DNA of 35,354 nt, from UHGV virus genome UHGV-0125936, one strand, 5' to 3'. The notes beneath the pieces were generated by a model. That model was not told the DNA's origin, did no database searches, and saw only the letters and a program-made list of their open reading frames with translations. This document shows, one piece after another, positions 19,122-27,154 of the stretch (position 1 is its first letter; each line of letters begins with the position of its first letter). The translations under genes were made by a program, and so were the position numbers. Source of the DNA: a virus.

Positions 19122-20579
19122 CTATTTGTGTTTAAACCAGGCGCATTCTTTGCCAATACCATCAGTCTTAAAAACTGTGTGGATACGCGGGCCGGTGACA
19201 ATGCGATCGCCAAGCGATTTAGCAACAATGCCAAAAGCGATCATATCCCCCACCGCGGCGCCAGCCTGTTCTTTCTTCCAGAATCGATAACTTTCGATCC
19301 GGTAGTAAAGACGGATGATGCCGTGAGCGAACGCCATTACATCAGCGCGGGTGCCACCCAGCAGGCCAGCGTTAAGCATCACATCGCCGCGGTGCGCTTC
19401 AATGAATTCCTGATAGATACGCTCAGGATGATTCTGTTTCGCCCAGGTGTCGGCGTATGTCTTCGGTTCAGAACCGACGTAAACATTCCCGGGCTGCATT
19501 TCTTCCCACGGTGCGCGGAGCATTTCGACATCGGTACCATCAGTACACCAGACGAACCGGTATTCAGGGTGATCTCGCAGGTGCTGCCAGATATGCAGCC
19601 AGCGCCGGAAGTAGACATTCATCTTCACCTCAGGAACGCGGTACAACTCAACATCTGCCGGTGGCGTCTGCAGTTCATCCACCAGCGCGATACGTCCACA
19701 CTGCCGGAGTGATGCGGCCCATTTAGCCAGCATCTCAGGCGAGGCCGCCATTTTCGTACCGCGCTGCGGGTCAGGCTGGCTGGTGAGCAACGTTGTGATT
19801 ACCACGTCGCGCTGCTTCCGGTATTCAACGTAACCGGTAAAGCCGGTATCACGTCGTTCGTTGTGGATCTTCACGTTACGTTCCACCAGCGCCTGGCGGT
19901 CGGGCCTCGGCACTGAACGCTCTACGGCCTCATGCTCATCGAGAGAATGGATCAGCTTTTCTGAACCGACGACATCAGCGTACGCCCACGTAGTCAGTCC
20001 TGCGTTATGGATGCGCAAGGCGAGGTCGCTGTGCTCGTACATGCCGCGACCATAAACCGGATCGAATCCGCCTACCTTCTCGATGGCGCTGCGGTGGTAA
20101 TAAAGCATCACGCCGCGCTGCCCGGTGTACGCCACATGCTGATCGTCACGGTAAAGCACCGAAAGGTCATTCAGCTTGTTCGTGCCAGCAAGATCGAGAA
20201 ACTGGTAAGCCAGGTGCGGCTCTGGTGATTCGATGTAAGGGAGGTGCCAGTTATCAGCGATAGGCCAGGCGTCATCATCCCATAAAAACAGATGCTCACA
20301 CCCGGCATCCATCAGGGCTGTCAGGCTGGCGTTCTTCGACGCAACAATGCCGAGTGATGTTTCATGGCGAAGCAGCTGCACGCCGTGTGGAACTACCGCT
20401 GCAGGTTTTGAACCATCATCGACTACCACCACCAGCGCACCGGCGGGAAGATGCTTCATGTGCTGTTCGAGTGCTCGCTTTAAAACGTCTGCGCGCTGAT
20501 GCGTCGAAATGGCAATGCCGATCCGTGATGAAACGACGCTGGCGGGAGCGTATGGGACACCATCAATAGTGACCTGCAT
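19122..20579 (-). CDS. Two-domain glycosyltransferase (N-terminal family-2-like GT-A domain; C-terminal second transferase-like domain)
   Basis: VVVVDDGS and LWDDDAW (DXD) motifs in N-terminal half; C-terminal half has CTDGTDV and NAGLLGG; RBS GGGAGG. Confidence 0.6.
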   Translation of the reverse strand: MQVTIDGVPYAPASVVSSRIGIAISTHQRADVLKRALEQHMKHLPAGALVVVVDDGSKPAAVVPHGVQLLRHETSLGIVASKNASLTALMDAGCEHLFLWDDDAWPIADNWHLPYIESPEPHLAYQFLDLAGTNKLNDLSVLYRDDQHVAYTGQRGVMLYYHRSAIEKVGGFDPVYGRGMYEHSDLALRIHNAGLTTWAYADVVGSEKLIHSLDEHEAVERSVPRPDRQALVERNVKIHNERRDTGFTGYVEYRKQRDVVITTLLTSQPDPQRGTKMAASPEMLAKWAASLRQCGRIALVDELQTPPADVELYRVPEVKMNVYFRRWLHIWQHLRDHPEYRFVWCTDGTDVEMLRAPWEEMQPGNVYVGSEPKTYADTWAKQNHPERIYQEFIEAHRGDVMLNAGLLGGTRADVMAFAHGIIRLYYRIESYRFWKKEQAGAAVGDMIAFGIVAKSLGDRIVTGPRIHTVFKTDGIGKECAWFKHK

Positions 20580-20590
20580 AAAACCTCCCG

Positions 20591-21469
20591 TCAGATTCCT
20601 CGCGACCGTGTATTCCAGAGGATGCCGCCTGGCTTGAGCGCATTGCGAAGAGCATCGTTCACCGCTTCGTGCATCGCCTGTTGCAAGCCAACTACTGAAG
20701 CTGTTTGCGCATCAATCTTTGCCTGGAGGGCTGCGAACAAATCGCTTTCGCGTACGGCGGAGATAATGGCTTCGCACATCTCATCATTGAGGCTGGTTTT
20801 GGTGGCATTATTACCATCAGCGGGATTAGCCTTATCATGACTAATTGCTCCAGGGAAGCCACCAAAAGACAAACCAACATTGAATGTCGTCTTTTCATTA
20901 TTGCTGGCTGATTGAGCGGCTTCATGCACCTTATAGCGATCAGCCATAAACTCAACGTTGCTCTGGCCATCTTCAACTCCGATGGTCATGCCAGCTGCGT
21001 ACCGTTTGCCACCATAATCCACGTTCATCTTCACGCTGTAGTTCGTAGACAATGTGCCATTGCCGATCAGCGCCTCGTGGATGTAAGCCTTGCCGGTTTT
21101 ATCAACAAACCAGCCACCTTTAAGGCCATGAAGTGCGCAGCTGTTACGGATCTCTTCGTCCAGCGCCTCAATAATCTCTTCGGTATCGACAGAAGAAACC
21201 CCTTCGATCCAGTCACCGGCTCGCCAATCTCGTGCTGAGCCATCTTCTGCAATTGGACGCAGGCGCACCTGCAATCTCTCACCAGCTTTGAGGCCGGAAA
21301 TAAGGCATACGGTAGCTGGCCAGAAGATGCGTTTTTTCATAAGTCGGCCATCTTCATGAAGGCATTGCAGTTCTAGCACCGCGCAGCCACCCGGCCATTT
21401 CCATTCGACGTCCACACCAAAAGGTTTGGGAGTGGTTTTTACGTAAGGGACGATTGAAGGTTCTGACAT
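20591..21469 (-). CDS. FN3-like + J-fibre-motif protein (paralog of a distal segment of the tail-tip J protein)
   Basis: 293 aa from MSEPSIV (RBS AAGGAAAA); KRYAAGMTIGVEDGQSNVEFMADRYKV and IHEALIGNGTLS match J in this window (QYYAAGMGIGVEN...FLADRFAV; IRDALIGDGTIS); N-terminal beta-rich FN3-like region. Confidence 0.5.
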   Translation of the reverse strand: MSEPSIVPYVKTTPKPFGVDVEWKWPGGCAVLELQCLHEDGRLMKKRIFWPATVCLISGLKAGERLQVRLRPIAEDGSARDWRAGDWIEGVSSVDTEEIIEALDEEIRNSCALHGLKGGWFVDKTGKAYIHEALIGNGTLSTNYSVKMNVDYGGKRYAAGMTIGVEDGQSNVEFMADRYKVHEAAQSASNNEKTTFNVGLSFGGFPGAISHDKANPADGNNATKTSLNDEMCEAIISAVRESDLFAALQAKIDAQTASVVGLQQAMHEAVNDALRNALKPGGILWNTRSRGI

Positions 21470-21729
21470 TTTAATTTTCCTTTTAGACGTGAGCCTGTCG
21501 CACGGCAAAGCCGCCGAAAGTAATCGGTTTGCCCAGGCTCACAGCTGAAAGACTTTCTTTGATGTGCGCGTGCGATGCGCATAAATGCCGCGCTATGCGG
21601 TTACTGTCTGAATATCAGGGTATTACTTCGTTCTAACCCCGGGTAAGGTAAGCATTCAGCCCGTCAGTGGTGGGACACTGATTCACGCAAAGAGGAGGAA
21701 TGGCTGAATAACTCTTCGAAGGAAAAAGG

Positions 21730-22194
21730 ATGATCACCAAAGTAAAAATCAAGTTTATTTCCCCTATTGATGGATCGGTATCAGATACCCCCACGGAGCA
21801 TGCAATTCCCGTAGTTCCATTGACAGTATGGCCAAGTAGCTCAAAAGATATAAACGTTTATAAACCAAATGGATTGAAGGCTGGTGCCTACGCACTTATA
21901 GATACCGGAGCAGATATTTGCTATGTGGATTCAGACTTTGCTGACGATTTAAAACTCCCAATCGCGGAAAAAACAACTGTGAGCGGAGCCACCTCAACAA
22001 TAGAAACTACAGTTCGGCATGCGGTAATATCGTTCACTGAGGACGAAAGAGTTTTTTCAACAGAATTGACTTCAGTGCCATTGGTAAGTAACGGGAGAAA
22101 ATTCCAGGTCGTTTTCGGAATGCAACTAATTAAAATGGGCGCCCTTACGATGGATTTTTCCAATCAAGTATTTGAGTTAACATTTTTTAACTAA
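21730..22194 (+). CDS. Retropepsin-like (clan AA) aspartic protease, moron on opposite strand
   Basis: ALIDTGAD active-site motif and downstream VVFGMQLIKMGALTMDF flap-like motif; RBS AAGGA; AT-rich relative to flanks. Confidence 0.65.
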   Translation: MITKVKIKFISPIDGSVSDTPTEHAIPVVPLTVWPSSSKDINVYKPNGLKAGAYALIDTGADICYVDSDFADDLKLPIAEKTTVSGATSTIETTVRHAVISFTEDERVFSTELTSVPLVSNGRKFQVVFGMQLIKMGALTMDFSNQVFELTFFN

Positions 22195-22338
22195 CCCCCC
22201 AGGGATACCTCCCTCTTTTGCAAGACTGGATAAGGGCATTGCTTTTGCTGTTTTCCTAAAATCGGTACCAGAATTGAGTTGCGATTTAATATCTTTTAAT
22301 TCGCTCTCAATTCTCTTTACACGTTCAGCTAAAGTCAT
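22177..22338 (-). CDS. Hypothetical 53-aa protein, convergent with and overlapping the 3' end of the protease gene
   Basis: ATG 22338 with RBS AAGAGG; MTLAERVKRIESELKDIKSQL...; below ORF-track size cutoff. Confidence 0.25.
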   Translation of the reverse strand: MTLAERVKRIESELKDIKSQLNSGTDFRKTAKAMPLSSLAKEGGIPGGLVKKC

Positions 22339-22432
22339 GATTGCCTCTTAATAATCGCTTAACATCTACAAAGCCTGCCCGAAGACAATACATACCATTA
22401 TCAAGCCCACCAGCAGGTGAGCTTTGTAATGG

Positions 22433-22690
22433 CTAACAGTCGTCATCTGGACGTGCTACAGCTCGACATGCGGCCATGCATGCGCGCTTCATATCGAGCT
22501 CTGCCTGGCGTATCCACTCAACAGCTTCCCAGTCGTGAGGAGTGCGTTGTACATCACCTACATGCTCACGCAGCAACTTAATAAACTGGCGGCTGAGATC
22601 CTTAAACTGGTTCATCTTGCCGATTTCACCGTAAGAGAGTTCGCGGTAGCCCTTAACGGTGCTTCCGTCCTGTGGTTTAGCTTCGCTCAT
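22433..22690 (-). CDS. Hypothetical protein downstream of spanins
   Basis: 85 aa from MSEAKPQ; no recognisable motif. Confidence 0.35.
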   Translation of the reverse strand: MSEAKPQDGSTVKGYRELSYGEIGKMNQFKDLSRQFIKLLREHVGDVQRTPHDWEAVEWIRQAELDMKRACMAACRAVARPDDDC

Positions 22691-22756
22691 CGGATTCTCT
22701 ATTTTTGGTGGGTATGGAAACTTACCCGCGATTGAATGTGAACACAGCAGCATGCT

Positions 22757-22972
22757 TCACTCCTGTTTCTGGCAGTTCGCCTGCCACGCTTTGTTATGCG
22801 CCAGGATGTCTTTCTTCGTCTGGCGGTCCAGAACGTCAATATCGTGGTTTGTCAGATAGATAATCCGGCTCCACAGGCAGCCCGTATCAATCACCACCGG
22901 GGCGGGTGAAGTTTTCGCGCAGCTCGCGATCAACATCGTCATCAGGCATGTGATTAACAGTCTGCTGGACAT
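22757..22972 (-). CDS. Rz1: Outer-membrane spanin Rz1 (lipoprotein), embedded/overlapping with Rz
   Basis: MSSRLLITCLMTMLIASC lipobox-like signal in alternative frame overlapping Rz 3' region. Confidence 0.55.
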   Translation of the reverse strand: MSSRLLITCLMTMLIASCAKTSPAPVVIDTGCLWSRIIYLTNHDIDVLDRQTKKDILAHNKAWQANCQKQE

Positions 22973-23162
22973 TACTGGCCTCTTTAGTGACTTCCGCTTT
23001 ACGTTCTGCCGCCGCAACGGTCGCCGCTGCATTCTCTTCGGTGCGCTGCTGGTTGGCTTTAGCCTCTGCTTTACTGGTGCCGCGAATATGGCCCAGGCCG
23101 AAAGCGCCAGCGATGGCGGCAATGACTGCTGCAGCAATACCAAATAAAGTTTCAAACCCCAT
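22887..23162 (-). CDS. Rz: Inner-membrane spanin Rz
   Basis: MGFETLFGIAAAVIAAIAGAFGL N-terminal TM then charged coiled-coil; immediately downstream of endolysin. Confidence 0.6.
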   Translation of the reverse strand: MGFETLFGIAAAVIAAIAGAFGLGHIRGTSKAEAKANQQRTEENAAATVAAAERKAEVTKEASNVQQTVNHMPDDDVDRELRENFTRPGGD

Positions 23163-23169
23163 AGTGACC

Positions 23170-23799
23170 TCACACCAGGACAGATTTCGCCAGGTTAAAC
23201 AGCGCGCGGCGTTTATCCAGCCCGTTACGTCCGCCATTGATAAGCAGCGTGACGCGCTCCACGTCGCCGGAATGGAGCAGGCATCCGTGCGAGACATAGA
23301 ACCATGCAGCTGAGCGAGCAGCATATTCATCCTGTTCCAGCAATTCAGGCTGGGTTACAAGGTCCAACTTCAGCGCGTGGCCACAGTTGCGGTAATTGCT
23401 GAGCCCGGTGATTTGCTTCAGGCCGCGACCGCGATATTTCCAGCCATCACCAGAAACCTGGTTGCCCAGGTTCTTTTTGCCCCACTCACCGCCGTAAACC
23501 AGATTGGCAATCGCTTTCTGATTTGCCGGCTGTGTTGCCGTTCTGCCAAGCGCGGCGGCCTGCTGTGCAGTAATGCGATGCTTGCCGAACGTAGGTACCA
23601 GGTTTTCTGCCGCATAGTTCAGGTTTTCCACCAGCCGGGTGAAACCGCCGGACTCATGGCCCATCTGCGCGATAAACATGGCCTGATCGAGCGGCGCGGT
23701 TATGCCGAATTCCTTCATTGCAGCATCGATATAGTGAAACCAGCGCACGGCTAGACCGGCGCTTATACCTGCCGCCTTTTCAAATTGTGTTTGGTTCAT
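23170..23799 (-). CDS. Endolysin, glycoside hydrolase family 19-like
   Basis: 209 aa; FIAQMGHESGGF...YGGEWGKKNLGNQ...GRGLKQITG motifs typical of GH19-type phage lysozymes. Confidence 0.8.
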   Translation of the reverse strand: MNQTQFEKAAGISAGLAVRWFHYIDAAMKEFGITAPLDQAMFIAQMGHESGGFTRLVENLNYAAENLVPTFGKHRITAQQAAALGRTATQPANQKAIANLVYGGEWGKKNLGNQVSGDGWKYRGRGLKQITGLSNYRNCGHALKLDLVTQPELLEQDEYAARSAAWFYVSHGCLLHSGDVERVTLLINGGRNGLDKRRALFNLAKSVLV

Positions 23800-24077
23800 T
23801 AGTGCCTCAGATGATCTACCAGACGTGCCAGATTTCCCCGGGCCCTCATAACGGCGGCGCAGATAAGGAGGTTTGCCACCACCACCAGCCAGCTGGAGTC
23901 ACGATAGAGACCGAAGATAAACTGCAACGGGATAACGGCATAAACCAGTACGGTTACATACGCCATGATAGAGATGAAAGGACGATGCCGGGCGCCATGT
24001 CGCTGGTAGAACATCAGAACGACAACAATTACCGCGCAGATAAATGCATTAAAGAATGCAGTCAGCTCACCTGCCAT
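23799..24077 (-). CDS. Holin-like membrane protein
   Basis: 92 aa with about 3 hydrophobic segments and basic C-terminus; immediately upstream of endolysin. Confidence 0.55.
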   Translation of the reverse strand: MAGELTAFFNAFICAVIVVVLMFYQRHGARHRPFISIMAYVTVLVYAVIPLQFIFGLYRDSSWLVVVANLLICAAVMRARGNLARLVDHLRH

Positions 24078-24456
24078 TTCCCCCTCCTCCGCGTAAACGC
24101 GAGAAAAAGCTGAACAGGCTGTTCAGATCCTGGTTATTAAGATAAGTTAGGATTTTGATACACAGGGCAGACAGAATCACTGCTCCGAGTGCATCCAACG
24201 GTTTTTCATATCGCGATGCGGCATTTAGCAGTGAGCCAACAAATCCAGCCCCAAGCACCCCAACGATAAACGACGTCAGAAAATACCCAGCCAGTCGTGC
24301 ACGAGACAGGTTCGTTGCTGTTGCGACGTAGAACACCGCACCACCAAACGCCCCAAACACCACACCGAAATCTGTATGAGTAAAGACGCCGTACAGGACT
24401 GAACCCAGCAGGCCGCCGCCGAGAACTGCGCCGGTGCCGGTTAATGGATCGGACAT
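24067..24456 (-). CDS. Putative holin / lysis-associated multi-pass membrane protein
   Basis: 129 aa from MSDPLTG (RBS AAGAGGGGG), Gly-rich TM segments; ORF-track start 24507 would lie inside a terminator hairpin. Confidence 0.45.
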   Translation of the reverse strand: MSDPLTGTGAVLGGGLLGSVLYGVFTHTDFGVVFGAFGGAVFYVATATNLSRARLAGYFLTSFIVGVLGAGFVGSLLNAASRYEKPLDALGAVILSALCIKILTYLNNQDLNSLFSFFSRLRGGGGNGR

Positions 24457-24502
24457 TTTGCCCCCTCTTATTGCTGTTGATCCTCTCAGAAGGTTGAGGG
24501 GA

Positions 24503-24530
24503 AACAAAAAAGGCCACCGTGAGGTGGCCT
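24503..24530 (-). terminator. Rho-independent terminator downstream of small moron gene
   Basis: 8-bp perfect stem aggccacc/ggtggcct, loop gtga, then U-run on - strand. Confidence 0.55.
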
Positions 24531-24566
24531 ATATATGATTGAAATTTTTGATTTGGTAAGGCTTGA

Positions 24567-24761
24567 TCAGACCGGCAATGCCTTCGGCTTGCCCATGTGA
24601 TATGTAACAAGGCTGCTTTTGCTGCCATCTTCCCAGACTGTAGAGCTCTCGGTGATCATCAAAATCACCCAGCCTTTAGAAAGGCCCAAATTGACTTGCT
24701 CCACATCCTCTACCGTCCGTACTTCCTGAATTTTACTCAACAAGTTTTCATCTGCGCTCAT
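24567..24761 (-). CDS. Hypothetical small protein (moron between tR' and lysis genes)
   Basis: 64 aa from MSADENLL; AT-rich; bracketed by two terminators. Confidence 0.4.
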   Translation of the reverse strand: MSADENLLSKIQEVRTVEDVEQVNLGLSKGWVILMITESSTVWEDGSKSSLVTYHMGKPKALPV

Positions 24762-24823
24762 CAACTGACCCTCAGTTAAAAAACACAACATAACAAACGC
24801 AATGAAGAAAAACCTTGCTGGAA

Positions 24824-24848
24824 ATAAAAAAACCCGCAACGTGGCGGG
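24824..24848 (-). terminator. tR'-like terminator downstream of pR'
   Basis: Stem cccgc/gcggg with 6-nt loop followed by 7-U tract on - strand, about 45-70 nt downstream of candidate pR'. Confidence 0.55.
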
Positions 24849-24892
24849 CTTTTAGAGGTTAATTATCTACAGGCGTTATACTCCATAATCAG

Positions 24893-24922
24893 AAGCATAC
24901 AGGACAGTTTTATGCAAAGTCA
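24893..24922 (-). promoter_or_regulatory. Candidate late promoter pR' (-35 TTGACT, 18-nt spacer, -10 TATGCT) with qut-type region
   Basis: Hexamers read on - strand immediately downstream of Q stop. Confidence 0.4.
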
Positions 24923-24964
24923 ACACTAACGTGCAAAAAAGTGTCGCCATTTGCTCCGATCATA

Positions 24965-25747
24965 TTAATAAGTTGTCGCCTTCTCAAACTCTACTGCCGC
25001 GTGACGCTCCCCCTGGCGCAGCGTGTCCACCAGCATTTCATAAAAGGGTTTCCAGTTGCGTGACCATGAGGACTGATGGAGGTCCGGGAGACGCTTCAGA
25101 ATGGCACGGTGTACCGTCGCCGAGGAGATTGCAGAGAAGCCATTACCAGAGCAACGTTCACACGTTTTGAAAACCGGTGCGCCGCGGTCTTTAGTCGCTT
25201 TGCGGTCCAACACTTCTCCTTTACCGCCACACCTGCACCGGGCAAGGATCACTTTCTTTCCTCCGCATGTTTCGCAAACTCTTTTCACCAGCTCATTTTT
25301 AATCTTTGGGGCCACTACTTCGGCACCGTCGGCGTCGAAAATACCAGGATGTTTAACCACATCCTCATTCCCGGAGATAAACCCGGTACCGCTGCAACTG
25401 TGGCATGTCACGCTGGTAGCCGCCGAACGGGAGTAATCAGCAAAGGCAAATTGCGCCAACATCTGCATGCACCATCCAAAATGCCCACCAGCTGCTTTGC
25501 GAACATTCTTTGGTGCCGTTTCCATCGCGTAACGAGCCAGCGCCTGAACTGCGAGCTGTTCATCTGTTTTGCTGATGCCGGCCTTGCCAAAGAAAGCAGC
25601 CAGGCCGAAGCGCGCACGGCTGCTGGTGGTGCCAATCGCCGCCATTACATCTGTTCCTGTAAGGCGGTCCGGAGAAGTTCCCTTCACGTCATCGCTGATG
25701 TGCATTCCCTGAGGACTAAAATGTTTGAGTGACGCTTCCAGTTTCAT
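24965..25747 (-). CDS. Q: Late antiterminator Q (phage 82/933W-like Q family)
   Basis: LTGTDVMAAIG, LAQFAFADYSRSAAT, multiple CxxCxGxG zinc-finger motifs, SWSRNWKPFYEMLV, matching recalled Q-family pattern; position between replication and lysis. Confidence 0.7.
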   Translation of the reverse strand: MKLEASLKHFSPQGMHISDDVKGTSPDRLTGTDVMAAIGTTSSRARFGLAAFFGKAGISKTDEQLAVQALARYAMETAPKNVRKAAGGHFGWCMQMLAQFAFADYSRSAATSVTCHSCSGTGFISGNEDVVKHPGIFDADGAEVVAPKIKNELVKRVCETCGGKKVILARCRCGGKGEVLDRKATKDRGAPVFKTCERCSGNGFSAISSATVHRAILKRLPDLHQSSWSRNWKPFYEMLVDTLRQGERHAAVEFEKATTY

Positions 25748-25774
25748 GCGCTTGCCCCCGCTGTTTTAATGGTT

Positions 25775-27154
25775 TTAATAGTCTGCATTGCTGGATTGCC
25801 TATCTTTTGCGTATCGTCTGGTTTGAGTTTTCTGCTGTGGCGCCGAACGCTGCTTTGCTAACTCCTGGTCAATTGGCAGGAAGTGCCCGTTATAGAATCG
25901 ACGGTAAATCGTGCCTAGTTCACCGTTTCGCTGTTTGGTCACGTTAATTTCCGCGATCCCTTTCGCTGGAGACTCAGGGTTATAAACTTCGTCGCGGTAA
26001 AGCATCATGATCAGATCAGCATCTGCCTCGATCTCACCCGAGTTTTTGAGGTCTGAGTTCATCGGTCGCTTATTGGGCCGCGACTCAACGCCACGAGAAA
26101 GCTGGCTCAGGGCAAGCACTGGCGTTTTATTAGATTTAGCCAGACGTTTTAGTCCTTTTGACACCTCGCCGACGGCAAGGTCATATCGTGCAGTGCTTTC
26201 GATTTTGATGAGTGCCAGATAATCCACCACCACCAGCGCTATTTCCGGATGCGCCAGTTGCAGGCGGGTAGCTATCTGTTGAATCTGATCTACTGTCAGA
26301 TCGGTGGAATCAACCATCCAGATGCTACGACCAGTCAGCCGTTCTACACCGTTTGTCAGCCTGGCCCAGTCCTCATTCTCAAAATCAGCAGCCTTTTTCA
26401 GGCGTGAAACAGACATACCACCCGCAGCAGATACCATTCGCTCACCGATCTGGATATTTGGCATTTCCATGCTGAAGAACAGCACACCGCGGCCCTGCTC
26501 AGAAACTTTGTCGATGATATCCAGCGCCAATTCAGTTTTACCCACCGACGGCCGCGCAGCGATAAACACCAGGTCTGTTGGTTCAATGCCTCCAGTCTTT
26601 GCATCAAGCTCTTCAATGCCCGTCATGAGGCTTCTGGCTTCTTCGAGGCCGCGGTTGCGTGCATCTACCCGATCCACTACAGCAGGAAGAATGTCGTCGA
26701 TATGAACTGGCTGAACGGTCTTTTCTTCGAGAGAAATTGCGGCAATGCTGTTCTGTGCAGCCCTGAATGCCGATAAAGCCGCATCACCATTGTGAGCACT
26801 CCGGAGATCAGCCAGCGCCCTTTCAATCACAGCTTCGGCATCACGAACAGCTGCATTACGCTCAAGCGTGGCAACGTATGACACAAGCGCCGACTTGGCC
26901 CATGCGATACGGCTCGAATCCATAATGATTGCGCTGTGCTTTGGCATGTTTTCGCAGAGCAGTACAGGGTCAATAACGCCAGCTCCACGCGCCTGACGGC
27001 AGATCCCAGTATATATTTCCCGATACTGCGGTACCGAGAAAGCGGTGGCCGGCACCCTGGAAAGAATATCCAGTACCTCAGGGTCGGCTCCACGCAGAAA
27101 AATTGCGCCGATCACCGCACCTTCCAGATCTTCATTTTTCCAGACAGGAGTCAT
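25775..27154 (-). CDS. Replicative DNA helicase, DnaB-like
   Basis: 459 aa; Walker A IAARPSVGKT; N-terminal DnaB-like helical domain. Confidence 0.9.
   Translation of the reverse strand: MTPVWKNEDLEGAVIGAIFLRGADPEVLDILSRVPATAFSVPQYREIYTGICRQARGAGVIDPVLLCENMPKHSAIIMDSSRIAWAKSALVSYVATLERNAAVRDAEAVIERALADLRSAHNGDAALSAFRAAQNSIAAISLEEKTVQPVHIDDILPAVVDRVDARNRGLEEARSLMTGIEELDAKTGGIEPTDLVFIAARPSVGKTELALDIIDKVSEQGRGVLFFSMEMPNIQIGERMVSAAGGMSVSRLKKAADFENEDWARLTNGVERLTGRSIWMVDSTDLTVDQIQQIATRLQLAHPEIALVVVDYLALIKIESTARYDLAVGEVSKGLKRLAKSNKTPVLALSQLSRGVESRPNKRPMNSDLKNSGEIEADADLIMMLYRDEVYNPESPAKGIAEINVTKQRNGELGTIYRRFYNGHFLPIDQELAKQRSAPQQKTQTRRYAKDRQSSNADY

Noticed and set aside
19128-20569. + strand ORFs overlapping the 485-aa glycosyltransferase gene
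   Set aside because: Shadow ORFs; the - strand frame carries the coherent GT-A motifs
22757-23173. Single 138-aa ORF as called by the ORF track
   Set aside because: Better explained as the Rz1 lipoprotein starting at an internal Met (22972), overlapping Rz in another frame
24067-24507. 146-aa ORF start at 24507
   Set aside because: That start falls inside the terminator hairpin at 24503-24530; the internal ATG at 24456 has a strong RBS
25076-25732. 218-aa + strand ORF opposite Q
   Set aside because: Antisense to the Q gene, which has clear zinc-finger and Q-family motifs
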